From positions 70,866,001 through 70,930,000 of the forward strand of contig OX597823.1 of assembly GCA_951406725.2 (NCBI GenBank): DNA of 64,000 nucleotides, written 5' to 3'. Positions 29,570 through 42,133 of the stretch are shown here, one piece after another; positions within the stretch are counted from its first letter, which is position 1; every line of letters begins with the position of its first letter. Source of the stretch: Octopus vulgaris (taxonomy: Eukaryota). The notes beneath the pieces were generated by a model that made no database searches, was not told the origin of the DNA, and saw nothing but the letters and a program-made list of their open reading frames with translations. The translations under genes were made by a program, and so were the position numbers.

Positions 29570-29746
29570 ATTATATACCCTCCTAGATATATCCGCAATA
29601 TTGTTTATGGAAGGCTATATATGCATACCAGCCTCCCATCCACGCCACCAGTGTTATAGGTCGATACAGCTTGGCACCTGTGATTTATATTTATATATAT
29701 ATATTATATATATATATATATATTTATATATTTATATTTATGTATA

Positions 29747-29814
<68 letters not shown>

Positions 29815-29846
29815 TATATATATCTATATATAAATATAAATATAAA

Positions 29847-29877
<31 letters not shown>

Positions 29878-30193
29878 ATAGATTTCTGAGACTGACCAAG
29901 GAGTTTTTATTTTTAGATATAAATGATGTACTTAAATGTAGTTATGTTTTTAGCGTCTGCTTTTTCCATAATCGCATGTGAGTATTTTATTTATATTCCC
30001 TCGTAAGCTCTACTGACGAAGAATGTATCTTTTATACGATAAATTACGAAATTGATTCAATATAGAGATAACGAAATTTATTTTCTAAAGGTTGTTGATT
30101 TCAGTAAAATTTTCCTGTAACAAGTGGATTGTAGTGGATAAATCAGTGTATTGGCTTTAGAATAACCCTCTTTAGCCCTTAATTATAAGATGG

Positions 30194-30252
<59 letters not shown>

Positions 30253-31541
30253 ATATATATGTAATTTCAAATAAGGGTAATTCGATTAGTGTATTTAAAA
30301 TGTTGAGTAGAGTTTAGGCTACCGGTTGTCATTCGCAGTTGTGATACACTTCTATTGGATGTACTTCAGGAACTCCGCAGTGGCATTTAAAGTGTTAGTA
30401 TTAATAGGAGATGGATTTCGTATTAGCCTTTTATTTGGTACAACATATGTGTCGACCCAGACTACACATACACATACAGACACACACACATACATGCATA
30501 TACACATATTCATAATTATCAATGCGTACATTGAAAGCGGAGAAATGAAGCTAAGATTTCTTTCAATGATTGTTACAGAAATAAATAAACATAGTTTCAT
30601 AGTTTGGTAATATTTGGGAGTTTTTCTTTGTCTGCACTAAAATTATTTCAGATTTTCTGACATTCATTTGAAGTTATAAAGGAAGAATCTTAATAAAGTT
30701 TTCGTAAGATAAAATGGCACGTGTTTAAAACAAAGAAGCAAGAGACAAAAAAAATCCATATGTTTGGCAGTTTCATTGAATCTCAGCTTTTTTCAAACAA
30801 CTTTGATTTCTATCAAAAGTCTATTCTTATTTTTTCTAGCAAACATGTTTTCGTTTACTTTTCCAAGCACAGCATTTATTCTGTATTATAATGATTTATA
30901 AGATTATATATCTGATAATAATATTCTATATGTCTGTTTGAGGGCAATAAAATAAAAGATTAATTTGTTGGCGAGATGAATGTAACTTCTAGTTTTTGTC
31001 TTCTTTTCAGTTAAATCTCAGAATCAGAAATTCAGAAAATGTCCCTCCCACTATCAGATTTCAAGTTCTATATTAATGGGGAAAATGAATATTATTTTCT
31101 CTGCGTAAAAGTATAGCTGTGCAGTTAAGTCGTTTGATTCGCAAGCACAGAGTTTCGAGTTCGATCACAATGCTCGGAAAAACTTGTGTAAGGGCTTTGT
31201 GGTTGACAATGATCATTTAGTTGAATTCCTGTTCAAACTGAATAGAGGTTTAGGTCCTTATATCTATGTTTCTATTTTCTGAATTCATCAATACGTCTAT
31301 TACTTAGATGTTTTCAGATGTCTATCATCGCCAGATAAATGTATACAAGAGAAAGAGAAAGAATACAAGTTGAATCGCAAAGTAAGTGTTAAAAATCGGA
31401 AAATTCTCTGAAAGGAACCAGAATTCATTCAACGAATTTCTATGGATTACATATCTGGGATAAGTTGACCATATTATAATATTTCTGAAGTCGTACCTTA
31501 CCTTTAGAGTTGAAACACATTTAGCAATATTAATATCTGAA

Positions 31542-31755
31542 GGTAGCGAACTGGCAGAATCGTTAGCACGCCGGGCAAAATGCCTAGCGTATTTCGTCTG
31601 GCTTTAAATTCTGAGTTCAAATTCCACCGGGGCCGACTTCTCCTTTCATCCTTTCGGGCTTGATAAAATAAGTACCAGTTCGGCACTAGCGTCGATGTAA
31701 TCGACTTAGCCACGCACCTGAAATTTCTGGCCTTGTGCCAAAATTTGAAACCAAT
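31542..31755 (+). mobile_element. SINE family B
   Basis: Family similarity. Confidence 0.85.
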
Positions 31756-32221
31756 ATAAATATCTATTTTACTGTTGATCTGATTAATTTTCAGTACGTA
31801 GAACCCGTCTAAATTCGAGAGAAGAACCTTTAAAATGCGTTTGGGGCTTATTGATTAAAAAAAAATTATTACTCATAATTCAAAAGAAAGATTCTGAGTC
31901 CGAATATGATCTGGTACTAAGTACACATCCTTAAAAAAGAAAATTAATGGTAATTGCACATTACATCAATCGAAACCTAATATCGATGACCAGATCACAA
32001 ATTGCACACTTGAAAACTGATGCTCGGAAACTTTGAAATTGATTATCTGTTTAATTATTTCTAGTTGAAGAGAATATCTGCCTGACAGTAACACAAACAT
32101 AAATCCACACAAGAATCACCGCCAACTCACTAGATTGCCATTTCCCAGACACTCAGATAACCGTTCGTTTTCTAACACATAGTTCTACCCAGTAGCACTG
32201 GAACTTTTCTACTTCTATGCA

Positions 32222-32432
32222 TAACAGTTGTCAAGCGATAGTGGACGGAGAAACTCAGGTACAAAGGTGCACAAACACGTACGTAGGGGTTCTTTCAGTC
32301 TCCATCTACGAAATCTTTGGTCGGTCTGAGGATAAAGTAGAAGACACAAACCCAAGATGCCACATAGTGCGACTGAACTCGGATCCATGTGGTAGGTAAG
32401 CAAGCTACTTATCACAGAGCCACGCTTGCGCC
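32222..32432 (-). mobile_element. SINE family A, diverged 5' part
   Basis: Family similarity. Confidence 0.7.
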
Positions 32433-32453
32433 TATGTCCATACACACCTACAA

Positions 32454-32501
<48 letters not shown>

Positions 32502-32729
32502 GTGTCCAGGAGGAGTCATTACGCGAATATTAGTAATAATAAACTACTGATTAAACAAGTGATCTATTAGTCAGTTGGCTATATGTCTAACCAATTGACT
32601 AATAAAGAGTGGAACTGAACAAGTGCATGTAGTATTAATATTGGCGTAATGACTCCCTAGGCACAACAATATTTAATTCGGTCACACCGATTCACATAAA
32701 GAATCTTGCAAGCCAAATATAAAAGCGCA

Positions 32730-32760
<31 letters not shown>

Positions 32761-32765
32761 TATAA

Positions 32766-33098
32766 CGGGTAAAGACCCCCTTCGGTCATGAATGACCATG
32801 GGATTGCACCTAAAAGTTACCCTCCTAGACACAAGTCCGGGCAAGGTTGTTTATGGAAGACCAGCAGTCGCCCATGCATACCAGCCTCCCCTCTCCACGC
32901 CACCAGTGTTATCCAAGGGAAAGACAAAGGTCGATACAGCTTGGCACCTGTGACGTCGCAACTCATTTCTACAGCTGAGTGGACTGGAGCAACGTGAAAA
33001 TAAAGTGCTTTGCTCAAGAACACAACACGCAGCCCGGACCGGGATTCGAGCTCACAACCTCACGATCGTAAGCTCGACGCTCTAACCACTCTGAGCCA
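32766..33098 (-). mobile_element. SINE family C inserted in (TA)n
   Basis: Reverse complement of 16456-16781. Confidence 0.9.
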
Positions 33099-33099
33099 T

Positions 33100-33336
<237 letters not shown>

Positions 33337-33481
33337 GTGTGATTACAACTGGCCAACGAAAGGTATCGTGCAACTAAAGAATTTGTCTAGATTTTTTTGA
33401 CTTGAATAAAAAGCATATTACTCTACAATTAATATTCGAGCACTAGTTTTTTACCACCTGTTTTGTAGTTATGTGTGTGTG

Positions 33482-33512
<31 letters not shown>

Positions 33513-33521
33513 AGTGCGTGT

Positions 33522-33594
<73 letters not shown>

Positions 33595-33695
33595 TATATA
33601 TATATATATACATATATATATACACACTCACGTCTTGAGTTCTACTTCACTAAACAACCAAACACACGTACACATACATGCACACATACACACAT

Positions 33696-33755
<60 letters not shown>

Positions 33756-34324
33756 CTTTGTATGTATAATACATCAACAGAGTTGGGTTCGTCATTATCT
33801 CCGCTGCAGTCACTCATTTTAGCTTATTTCTAACACTCACACACCTTTGAGTTTATTTCGAAGACCTCTTTCCTGTGGCCATTATTTTTGTATTTTATGT
33901 TGGCGGCGCCAAAATCGCAGCCTTATAATGATATGCACTTGTTATAATAGTCGTATAATGGTCGCAAAAATATTGATTTATCGATCAATAGAGAATGTAA
34001 ATAAAACTATTGTCAATTAGAACATCCCAATTTGTTTCTCATGGACTGAAATTATAATTCTCTCATTATGGACATATGGTGAATAGTTTAAATGCTAACT
34101 TTGTGTAAACAAAGGAAAGGTGACATCTGATGTTTTGTGCCGTTAAAGAAAATCATTACTCTTTACCGATTATAAAGATAGAATCGTTACAGCTAAAGGC
34201 TGAAGCTTAAAGTATTTATATTCTGCAGTTTCTACTACCACGTCTTTTAATTTTCAGAGTCGATTAACTATCGAGTATCGGTCAATTTAATCGACCGTTT
34301 CCAGCTACTTGTGCTGGAAAAACA

Positions 34325-34434
34325 TTATGATTACTGGGGTTAATGAAATCGAACTAACTCCTTCCCTGGACTCGGTGGCCTTGTGCCAAAAATCGAAACC
34401 ACCACCACCACCACCACCATCGTCATCGTCATCG

Positions 34435-34504
<70 letters not shown>

Positions 34505-34740
34505 CATCATCATCATCATCATTATTACGGTGGCAAGATGGCACAATCGTTAGCGCGCTGGACGAAATGCTTAGCTGTATTTCGCCCGTCGCTATATTCT
34601 GAGTTCAAATTCGGCCGTGTTCGACTTTGCCTTTCATTGTTTCGGGGTTGATAAATTATGTATGAATGAAACACTGGGGCTGATGTAATCGACTAGTCCC
34701 CTCCCCACAAATCTGAAGTCTCGTGCCTCTAGCAGAAAGG

Positions 34741-34778
<38 letters not shown>

Positions 34779-34985
34779 TATTATTATTAAAGCAACGAGC
34801 TGACAGAATCGTTAGCGCACTGGACGAAATAACCATATTTCGTCCGTTTTCAAATTTCGCCGAGGTCGACTTTGCCTTTCATCCTGCTGGAGTCGATGAA
34901 ATAAGTACCAGTTGAGTACTGGAGTCGATGTAATCGACTGGTCTGCTCCCACCAAATTTCTGTACTTGCGCCTATAATAGAACGG
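34325..34985 (+). mobile_element. Chain of SINE family B copies separated by (CAT)/(TTA)n
   Basis: Copies at about 34325-34397, 34528-34740 and 34790-34985, each followed by trinucleotide tails. Confidence 0.8.
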
Positions 34986-35454
34986 ATTATTATTGATATT
35001 GTTCGTTTATCGACGTGTGTTTCGCATCGATCTCGTAAGTTTGTTGTTATATCTATTCTTATGTATTGTACACTTGTCGCCGCTAATTAAACTAACCAGG
35101 GCGTTTGGGGGCTGGTTAGTTTTTTCTTCATTTGTAGCCCTTAGGGACTGAAAAAAGAGAGATGGCGGACGATAATTATTCGTCCACTGAGAAGACATCC
35201 GGTCATCTGCACAACAGAACAACCAAATCGTAAACGTTAGCGACAGCATTAGCAGCAGCAGTAGCAAGAATAACAATAACATCATAATCATCGTCACCAC
35301 CATTAACACCAACGATAACATAAAAGAAAAATCAAGTGGGACAACAATGTTATTACCACCACCGCCATCGCAAAAGACAACCAAAGTAAAGACGACTGGG
35401 AACAAAAATATGGGGAAAGAGAAGAAAAAAATTTCCCCCCACATAGTACAAGGA

Positions 35455-35665
35455 TAAATGTTCTGGTTGATCCGATCAACGGAACAGCCTGCTCGTGAAA
35501 TTACAGGCAGATTCGGAATGTCACAGGCACAACTCATTTTTACAAGTTGAGTGGAATGGAGCAACGTAAAATGTCTTGCTGAAGGTCACAACACACAACT
35601 GGGAATCGAATTCACATCCTTACGATCGCGAGTAGAATACACCAATCACAAAGCCACGAAGCTTC
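35455..35665 (-). mobile_element. SINE, family C-related, diverged
   Basis: A/B-box head on the minus strand plus ctcatttttaca/gagcaacgt motifs. Confidence 0.6.
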
Positions 35666-35779
35666 ACATTATCAGAGTCAAGGTATCATTCACTCCCTAG
35701 TTGTTTTTGATTGCAAATCTGACGTTTTAACAATAAAATTCTTTCTAATTTTAAATCAAGGTAGCAATTCCGAAAGGCA

Positions 35780-35930
35780 TGTGCTAAGTCAATTACATCG
35801 ACTCCAGTACCTGAATGGAGTTCATTTTGTTGGTTCCGAAAGGATGAAAGGCAAATGCGACTTCGGCGAGATTTCAAATACAGCAAAACATTTTTTACCG
35901 ACAACCCTAACAATTCAGCCAGCTTCTCGC
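35780..35930 (-). mobile_element. SINE family B, diverged
   Basis: ccgaaaggatgaaaggcaaa motif. Confidence 0.65.
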
Positions 35931-37246
35931 CTTTTTTTTCTCAATAAACTTAGCACCATTAATGTACTCAATCGACTATACATTGGCCATCTAGATTCAA
36001 CGTCAAGGTTAATAGCGGTGGTCAATGTATCAAATGTATGTATCCAGCAGCAAAGCTACCTCGTGCCTCTTGTAAGAAACTCAACTCTCATTGACACAGT
36101 CCATTCATACAGGTAATATTACAATGAAAACAGACATGTAAATAGTACAATTGCTGTATAATTGACAAATGTTTCGACTTCTGTGTTGAGTTGAAATACT
36201 CATATAGGTTAAATCGGTAATTGACTGGTGTTTTATCTTGGGTTACTAAGTCATGTAACGTCATAAACACTACTTTTAACTACAGTTATCATAACAACTT
36301 CATGAAAATAAGCAGAAAAAAACCCCACTAGCTATAAATCAGTAAACATTAAATGATTGATTACGGACAATTTTAGCCGATCAGATCTGTAGCAGTTTTC
36401 TGAAGTATCAGCTGTGTAGGATTCAATTTCATTATGATAGATTATTTGAAAATCTAATGAAAGGGTAAATCAAGAACTTATCTAAAACTGGACATTTTAA
36501 GGATAAATAGTTGGAAAGAATAAAACTTTTATTAGTGTCAGGCCCAAAGGAAATATCTCTTATCGGGATTTTCATGTTTTTTTTTCTGTTGCACGAACCA
36601 TAATTATAGGAAATTATCTGTGAAAAGTTGAATACAGAAAGTAAAATAAATTATTTCGTTTGAGAGGCGGTCATAACGCTTATCATAATTATAGACTTTT
36701 AGTTAATCACATGTACACAAATTGTTGGAGACAGAGAATATAACAACGTGATATTAATGTATGTTTTTAGGAGTGTTGGTAGTAAATGAAAACCAAGTCG
36801 TGGATACTTGTATCTTCCTTACCTCCTATCATTGAATACTAATATTAAGCTATGACATATCTCATATTAGAAGACAAGTGTTCTAATGAAGCGCCTGGGC
36901 AGTGGTACGCCACCTTTACCCGAAAAGCGAAAGATCAGACGCTCCACTCTTGCCACACCCGAACTGGGACAATGCAGGATACTCAGGTGGTAATTGATAA
37001 CAGCCACACTGTAGGCGTTTATCACACATGCTCGACCTTTCAGCCAACACAGTCTTTTCATTGTTTAGTCACAGGGGTTCAGAGAGATACAGAAAAATAC
37101 GAAACCTTTATCGGGGAGTTTATAAAGGACAGACTATATAATGACAAAGGAAGGGATGAAAGTATGTATGTATGTATGTATGTATGTATGTATGTATGTA
37201 TGTATGTATGTATGTATGTATGTATGTATGTATGTATGTATATATA

Positions 37247-37299
<53 letters not shown>

Positions 37300-37388
37300 T
37301 TTGATACTTTGATACTTTGATAGGTTTCGGCCATTATTGGCCCAGGCCATGTCTAACTTAATAGCACCACCTGGTGAAGTCTTTCAAG

Positions 37389-40300
37389 TCAGAATTTGGG
37401 CACTATGGCCCACTCAAGTAGAGAGTTATTGTTTACAGAGACATATCCGGGTGTAGGGGGTTTATCCGGGATTTCTTGAAGGAATCTGTCCAAAGACTTC
37501 TTGAACCCTATAGGGTCAGTTTCTGTTTTAATGTGTTTTGGTGTAATGTTAAAGAGAGCGGGGCCAATTGAGGTGAAATAATTGTGCCGTATTGTTGTTA
37601 TGAGATGAGAGTGCGATTTTTGTTTTGGGCGGATGGCACGGGGCCCAAGCCTTGGATGTACCTTAAAGGTGATGCCAACATCATTTGGGCAATGCTGATG
37701 GAATATTTTCCACATCATGCAGATGATGTAGCGCTCACGACGACGTTGGAGAGAATAGAGTTTTAGCTTTTCTAGTCGACCCCAATAGTCGAGGCCTGTC
37801 ATGCCATCTATCTTTTTTGTGATTGCCCTTTGAGGTGCTTCGACTTTTATGATACCTTGTATTGTGTGGGGAGACCACAGTGGACAACAGTATTCAAGGT
37901 GGGGTCGGGCAAAAGTGGAGAAGAGAAGGATAATGGTGTGGATATCTCTCGACTGGAAAGTTCTGAGAATCCAGGAACACATTCTGCGGGCCATGTCAAC
38001 TTTGGTGTTTATATGAGTGGCCCAGCTTACGTTGTTGTCCACAATTACTCCCAAGTCTCTGATGTTGTTGGACGCCGTGAGAGTTTCACCTGAAGGAAGG
38101 GAGTATGGGAGTTTCAGGGCATCCTCTTTTCCAAAGTGGATTAGCTCAAATTTATCCTCGTTCAGCAGCATATTGTTTTTTTCTGCCCATTGGATAACAG
38201 CCAGTAGATCTGACTGAAGGCATGTCCGGTCACTCGCCTCATTTATGACCTTCTGTAGCTTGGAGTCATCTGCAAAGATTTTTATGTTGCTGTGCTTGAT
38301 GATGTCATTAATGTCATTAATGTAAATGATGAAAAGAAGTGGGCCCAGCACAGTGCCTTGCGGAACGCCACTACTGACTTTGGCTGGGCTTGATTTTACC
38401 CCTTCAACTACAACATGTTGAGATCTGTCTGTCAGGAAACACTTAATCCATTTCAGTAACTTTCCAGAGACACCAATGTTGGATAGTTTTTTCAATAGGA
38501 TCTTGTGATCGACCCTGTCGAAGGCCTTACTGAAATCAAGGTAGATGACATCGGTGTTGGAGCCCTCTCCCAAAGCTCTCAAAATGTCCTCAAAGTGATG
38601 CAGGAGCTGCGTTAGGCAGTCCCTTCCATTACGGAACCCATGTTGGTTGGAGATCAGCCGTCTGTTGCTTTCCAGAAATTGGGTTATTTGAGATCTCACC
38701 ACCCTCTCAAATACCTTGATGATATGAGAGGTGAGTGAGATCGGACGGTAATTCACTGCAAGGGACTTGTTTCCCTTTTTGAAAACTGGGACAACAGACT
38801 GGGACAGAAGGTTTTTTGGAATATAGCCAGCATCCAGTGAGTTTCTCCACAGATTAGCAAGGGGAGATGCAAGTTGGTGTCGACACACCTTCAGGACACA
38901 AGCAGGGAACCTATCGGGGCCTACTGCTGAATTGTGTTTTATTTCGTTTATCGCCGCTAAGACATCAGGGGCACTAAACGTTATGTCCGATATAGTGTGT
39001 TGGGGGTTGACATTACTGATACAGCCCAGATCGGCCATATCAGGATTGCTGAAAACAGAGCAGTATTGTTTCTGCAGTATCTCGGCCATGGATTTGGCAT
39101 TATCTTGGAGAGTGCCAGTTTCGTCAATTAGAGGGCCTACAGTGGAGACAGTGACCCTGCGTTTCCTCGCAAATGAAAAGAACACTTTGGGGTTGAGTTT
39201 GATTTTTTCAATGGCCCACTTCTCCTCAGCTGATCTTTGGTTATTGATGAGGGACTTCATGCATTGTTGGAGGTTATATTTTTTTGATTCAAGCAGTGCG
39301 ATAGCCGTCGAATGTGTGTGTTGCTGTTGGCAGTACTTTAGTTTGTTAATTTTTTTGTTTGTTCTTTTTATTTTTCTGATAATGGTTTTTCTGTTTTGGG
39401 GGATTCTGCACTTTTTGTTCACAGGTCTTGGTGGGGAGTGTTTTGCACATATGTCTGTGACGGTGTCTACAAAGATCTGCCAAGATGTTTTATGGTTGGT
39501 GGAGATGTGTGTATGTGTAAAGGACCAGTCAACATTTGATAGCTCGTTCCTGATTGCATCCCAGTTGGCTTTATGGAGATCCATGTTGTCAAATGGGTGG
39601 GCTGGAGGAAGGTCACTAGGATTAGCTTTCGGCTGGTGGAATTTCATGTTACAGAGAACCATGTCATGGTCTGAAAGAAGGGTTTTTTCCACTGTAACGT
39701 TATGTATAGTGTTAGTGTGGTTACTAAACACTAGGTCCAAAATGTTCTGATGTCTTGTTGGTGCAAGGACAAGTTGGGACAAGAAAAACTCATTCGTAAA
39801 GTCGAAAAGTGACTCTGCTGCTTCTTTGTCAGCGGTTGAGGCGGGAGTGCTTGGTTTCAAACAGTTTGTAGTCCAGTCAACACAGGGTAGATTGAAGTCT
39901 CCCATCATGAGTATGTTGCTAGAATGGCACTGTTGAATAAAGCACTTAATGCTGTTGAGGCATTCTTTAAAGCACAGTATGGGTGTTTGGGGCGGCCTAT
40001 AGAGTCCAATTACTGTCAGATCATTGGCTTTGTTGTGCACGGTGACTGATTCACAGTAGCCGTTGGAGAATATACTATTTCCATCTGCCGTAAATGAATC
40101 ATGCAGGAAAATGGCAGTTCCACCCTTCCTCCTGCCGATACGATCCGCGCGGATGGTTGTGAAATTCTTCACTCTCACTTCGGCTTCCAAGTGGGAGTTG
40201 TCAAGGTGGGTCTCAGTGAGAATGAAGAAAGGGATGTGGTGTGAATGGTTACCAACCCAGTCTTCAATGAATTGGACCTTCCATTTTTGTGCATTGATGG

Positions 40301-40628
40301 AAGGGCTGACACCTTGTGCATTGAGTAGGAATGTGGAGGTTAGTGTAGTGGCTGGTTTTGACTGTTGCAGGGGGCTTGGATTTTTTGTGTGTGTTAGTGG
40401 TAGCAATGTGGGGAATTGGTGCACTGGGGTAATAGCATAGGATGGTGTTGAGTGATGGCTAGAATGTTTTTGTGTATCTCTTTTGCCATGTTCAACATGG
40501 CTAAAAAGAATTTTCCTGCTTAGGGAGCAGTTTTTGGCTGGAGGTGTGGTTGCACTGTTGGATAGGGTTGTAGTTTCCACTTTTGTTGTTGTTGTTTTTG
40601 TGTCTTCCTGAAAAGACTGGACCAGCAT
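37389..40628 (-). CDS. LINE ORF2: APE endonuclease plus reverse transcriptase (1079 aa)
   Basis: APE motifs LTETHL, GDFNLP, LDLVF, SDHD; RT motifs YRPISLTS, QHGFR, LDFSKAFD, GVPQGTVLGP, FADD; CR1-type C-terminus RPHLEYC..WSP, LYSLQRRR. Confidence 0.97.
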   Translation of the reverse strand: MLVQSFQEDTKTTTTKVETTTLSNSATTPPAKNCSLSRKILFSHVEHGKRDTQKHSSHHSTPSYAITPVHQFPTLLPLTHTKNPSPLQQSKPATTLTSTFLLNAQGVSPSINAQKWKVQFIEDWVGNHSHHIPFFILTETHLDNSHLEAEVRVKNFTTIRADRIGRRKGGTAIFLHDSFTADGNSIFSNGYCESVTVHNKANDLTVIGLYRPPQTPILCFKECLNSIKCFIQQCHSSNILMMGDFNLPCVDWTTNCLKPSTPASTADKEAAESLFDFTNEFFLSQLVLAPTRHQNILDLVFSNHTNTIHNVTVEKTLLSDHDMVLCNMKFHQPKANPSDLPPAHPFDNMDLHKANWDAIRNELSNVDWSFTHTHISTNHKTSWQIFVDTVTDICAKHSPPRPVNKKCRIPQNRKTIIRKIKRTNKKINKLKYCQQQHTHSTAIALLESKKYNLQQCMKSLINNQRSAEEKWAIEKIKLNPKVFFSFARKRRVTVSTVGPLIDETGTLQDNAKSMAEILQKQYCSVFSNPDMADLGCISNVNPQHTISDITFSAPDVLAAINEIKHNSAVGPDRFPACVLKVCRHQLASPLANLWRNSLDAGYIPKNLLSQSVVPVFKKGNKSLAVNYRPISLTSHIIKVFERVVRSQITQFLESNRRLISNQHGFRNGRDCLTQLLHHFEDILRALGEGSNTDVIYLDFSKAFDRVDHKILLKKLSNIGVSGKLLKWIKCFLTDRSQHVVVEGVKSSPAKVSSGVPQGTVLGPLLFIIYINDINDIIKHSNIKIFADDSKLQKVINEASDRTCLQSDLLAVIQWAEKNNMLLNEDKFELIHFGKEDALKLPYSLPSGETLTASNNIRDLGVIVDNNVSWATHINTKVDMARRMCSWILRTFQSRDIHTIILLFSTFARPHLEYCCPLWSPHTIQGIIKVEAPQRAITKKIDGMTGLDYWGRLEKLKLYSLQRRRERYIICMMWKIFHQHCPNDVGITFKVHPRLGPRAIRPKQKSHSHLITTIRHNYFTSIGPALFNITPKHIKTETDPIGFKKSLDRFLQEIPDKPPTPGYVSVNNNSLLEWAIVPKF

Positions 40629-41619
40629 TACTGCAGCATGGTGTGTTTCTATTTTTATTGTTATTCAGGTTTGTGTGTTGGCTTGAGGCCCCGTTTCTGT
40701 TTGTGCGTCGGGTCCCTGGAAGATGAGTGAAGGGACAGTCACTCAGTAGACATGTTCTCTCACGTTGGGAATACCGGCAGATTTTGGGACTCCGAGTTGT
40801 GTGTGTTTTGAATTTCGATTTACTATTTGGTGGTGTTGATGTTATTGTGGGATGCGTGCTTTGGCCTTGGCCAGTAGTGCGTCTAGTGCCGGGTAGATGC
40901 GTGAAGATGCAGTCACTATTTGTGCAGAGTCTCTGGCGCAGTGAATAGCGGCATATTTGGGGATTTCTTGTTTGTGCCGTGGGGGGCGCATTCTGCTTCC
41001 TATGTTTCTTTAAGTTTTTGTTACTGCAGTAGTATTGAGGTGGTGATGTGGGGGAAGAGGGCAGTGGTTTCTTATTTGGTTTTCTGTTGGTATTTTTGGT
41101 GATAGAAGACGATGGTGGCAGCGGTGGTGATGATGATGATGATAATTGTGGTGGTTGCTGTGAGAGCGGTGAAAAGATACTGGCATTTAGTGAATCGTCT
41201 AGTAAGCTAGAGTTGAGGAGTGGCTGTTGTTGTTCTTGTTGCTGTGGCTGTTGTTGTTGTTGTTGTGCCTGACCGATGTCAGGGTCAGCCATTGTGTTGG
41301 GAACCAGGAGTGGCTCATTCTGTTGTTGTTGTTGTGGCTGCTGATTTTCTAGCTGTTGTTGTTCTTGAACTGTGAAAATATGTAGAAGCTTTTCATAATG
41401 GCCTCTTATCAGTTTGAAAGATACTTCGATATGTTTCAACTTGCTACGAATCTGTTTGACGGATCGTGTGTTGACCACTTGTGATGTTTTTTCGGCAATC
41501 TCATTCAAACACAAGACATTTAGATTTTCTGTTTGGGAAAGAGAGAGCCATGTGTTTATTAAAACATCAATTTCGTTATCAGACCAATTTCGTCTGTTGC
41601 AGGCCTGCAAGTTAGTCAT
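40501..41619 (-). CDS. LINE ORF1 (372 aa): Myb/SANT-like N-terminus, Q/P/S linker, two CCCH zinc fingers
   Basis: RRNWSDNEIDVLINTW...RSVKQIRSKLK; CRYSLRQRLCTNSDCIFTH and CRYSQRERTCLLSDCPFTH; lies directly upstream of ORF2. Confidence 0.8.
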   Translation of the reverse strand: MTNLQACNRRNWSDNEIDVLINTWLSLSQTENLNVLCLNEIAEKTSQVVNTRSVKQIRSKLKHIEVSFKLIRGHYEKLLHIFTVQEQQQLENQQPQQQQQNEPLLVPNTMADPDIGQAQQQQQQPQQQEQQQPLLNSSLLDDSLNASIFSPLSQQPPQLSSSSSPPLPPSSSITKNTNRKPNKKPLPSSPTSPPQYYCSNKNLKKHRKQNAPPTAQTRNPQICRYSLRQRLCTNSDCIFTHLPGTRRTTGQGQSTHPTITSTPPNSKSKFKTHTTRSPKICRYSQRERTCLLSDCPFTHLPGTRRTNRNGASSQHTNLNNNKNRNTPCCSNAGPVFSGRHKNNNNKSGNYNPIQQCNHTSSQKLLPKQENSF

Positions 41620-41940
41620 GTTTGTTTTTCTTTTGTTTGTTTTCCTTTTGATTTTTGAAAATATATATATTCTTTCTTGGGAGTTAAAGAAGTGTATATA
41701 TATATAAATGTTCTCTCTTAAGGGTGTGAGTTTTTGATTATTTGGTTGTTTGAGGATATTAAAAGAAAAACAGGTGTATATAACAATTTGTAGTTAAATG
41801 AAAACGTACTTACGGGTTTGTAGGCAAACACGTGGTTACAAATATATATATATTTAAGGTCAGTTAGTTTTGAAGCTGTGTAGCTTGCTACTGACTCGGG
41901 AGAGAAACAAATAGACGTCCGTCCAGTTCAACAGTTAATC

Positions 41941-42000
<60 letters not shown>

Positions 42001-42002
<2 letters not shown>

Positions 42003-42095
42003 CGCCTTCCCTTCTTTCCTGAGCGTCAAATAATACTTTTAATTGTTCCACGTCCTCGCGTTGCTGTGTTTTTTTCTGTGTTTTCTTGTTTGGAT

Positions 42096-42133
<38 letters not shown>

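Larger units (their letters stand above)
37297..41928 (-). mobile_element. Apparently full-length CR1-group LINE inserted in (TA)n
   Basis: Two overlapping open ORFs, a short 3' UTR ending in three 8-bp repeats (tcaaagta), a 5' UTR of about 300 bp, and TA tracts on both sides. The 5' boundary is approximate. Confidence 0.9.

Noticed and set aside
36852-37160. Non-repetitive ORF portion as a host exon
   Set aside because: No recognisable domain or splice support, and it runs into microsatellite. It may be a retroelement ORF1 scrap, but I cannot support that call.
38932-40440. 272-aa and 125-aa plus-strand ORFs
   Set aside because: They are antisense shadows of LINE ORF2.
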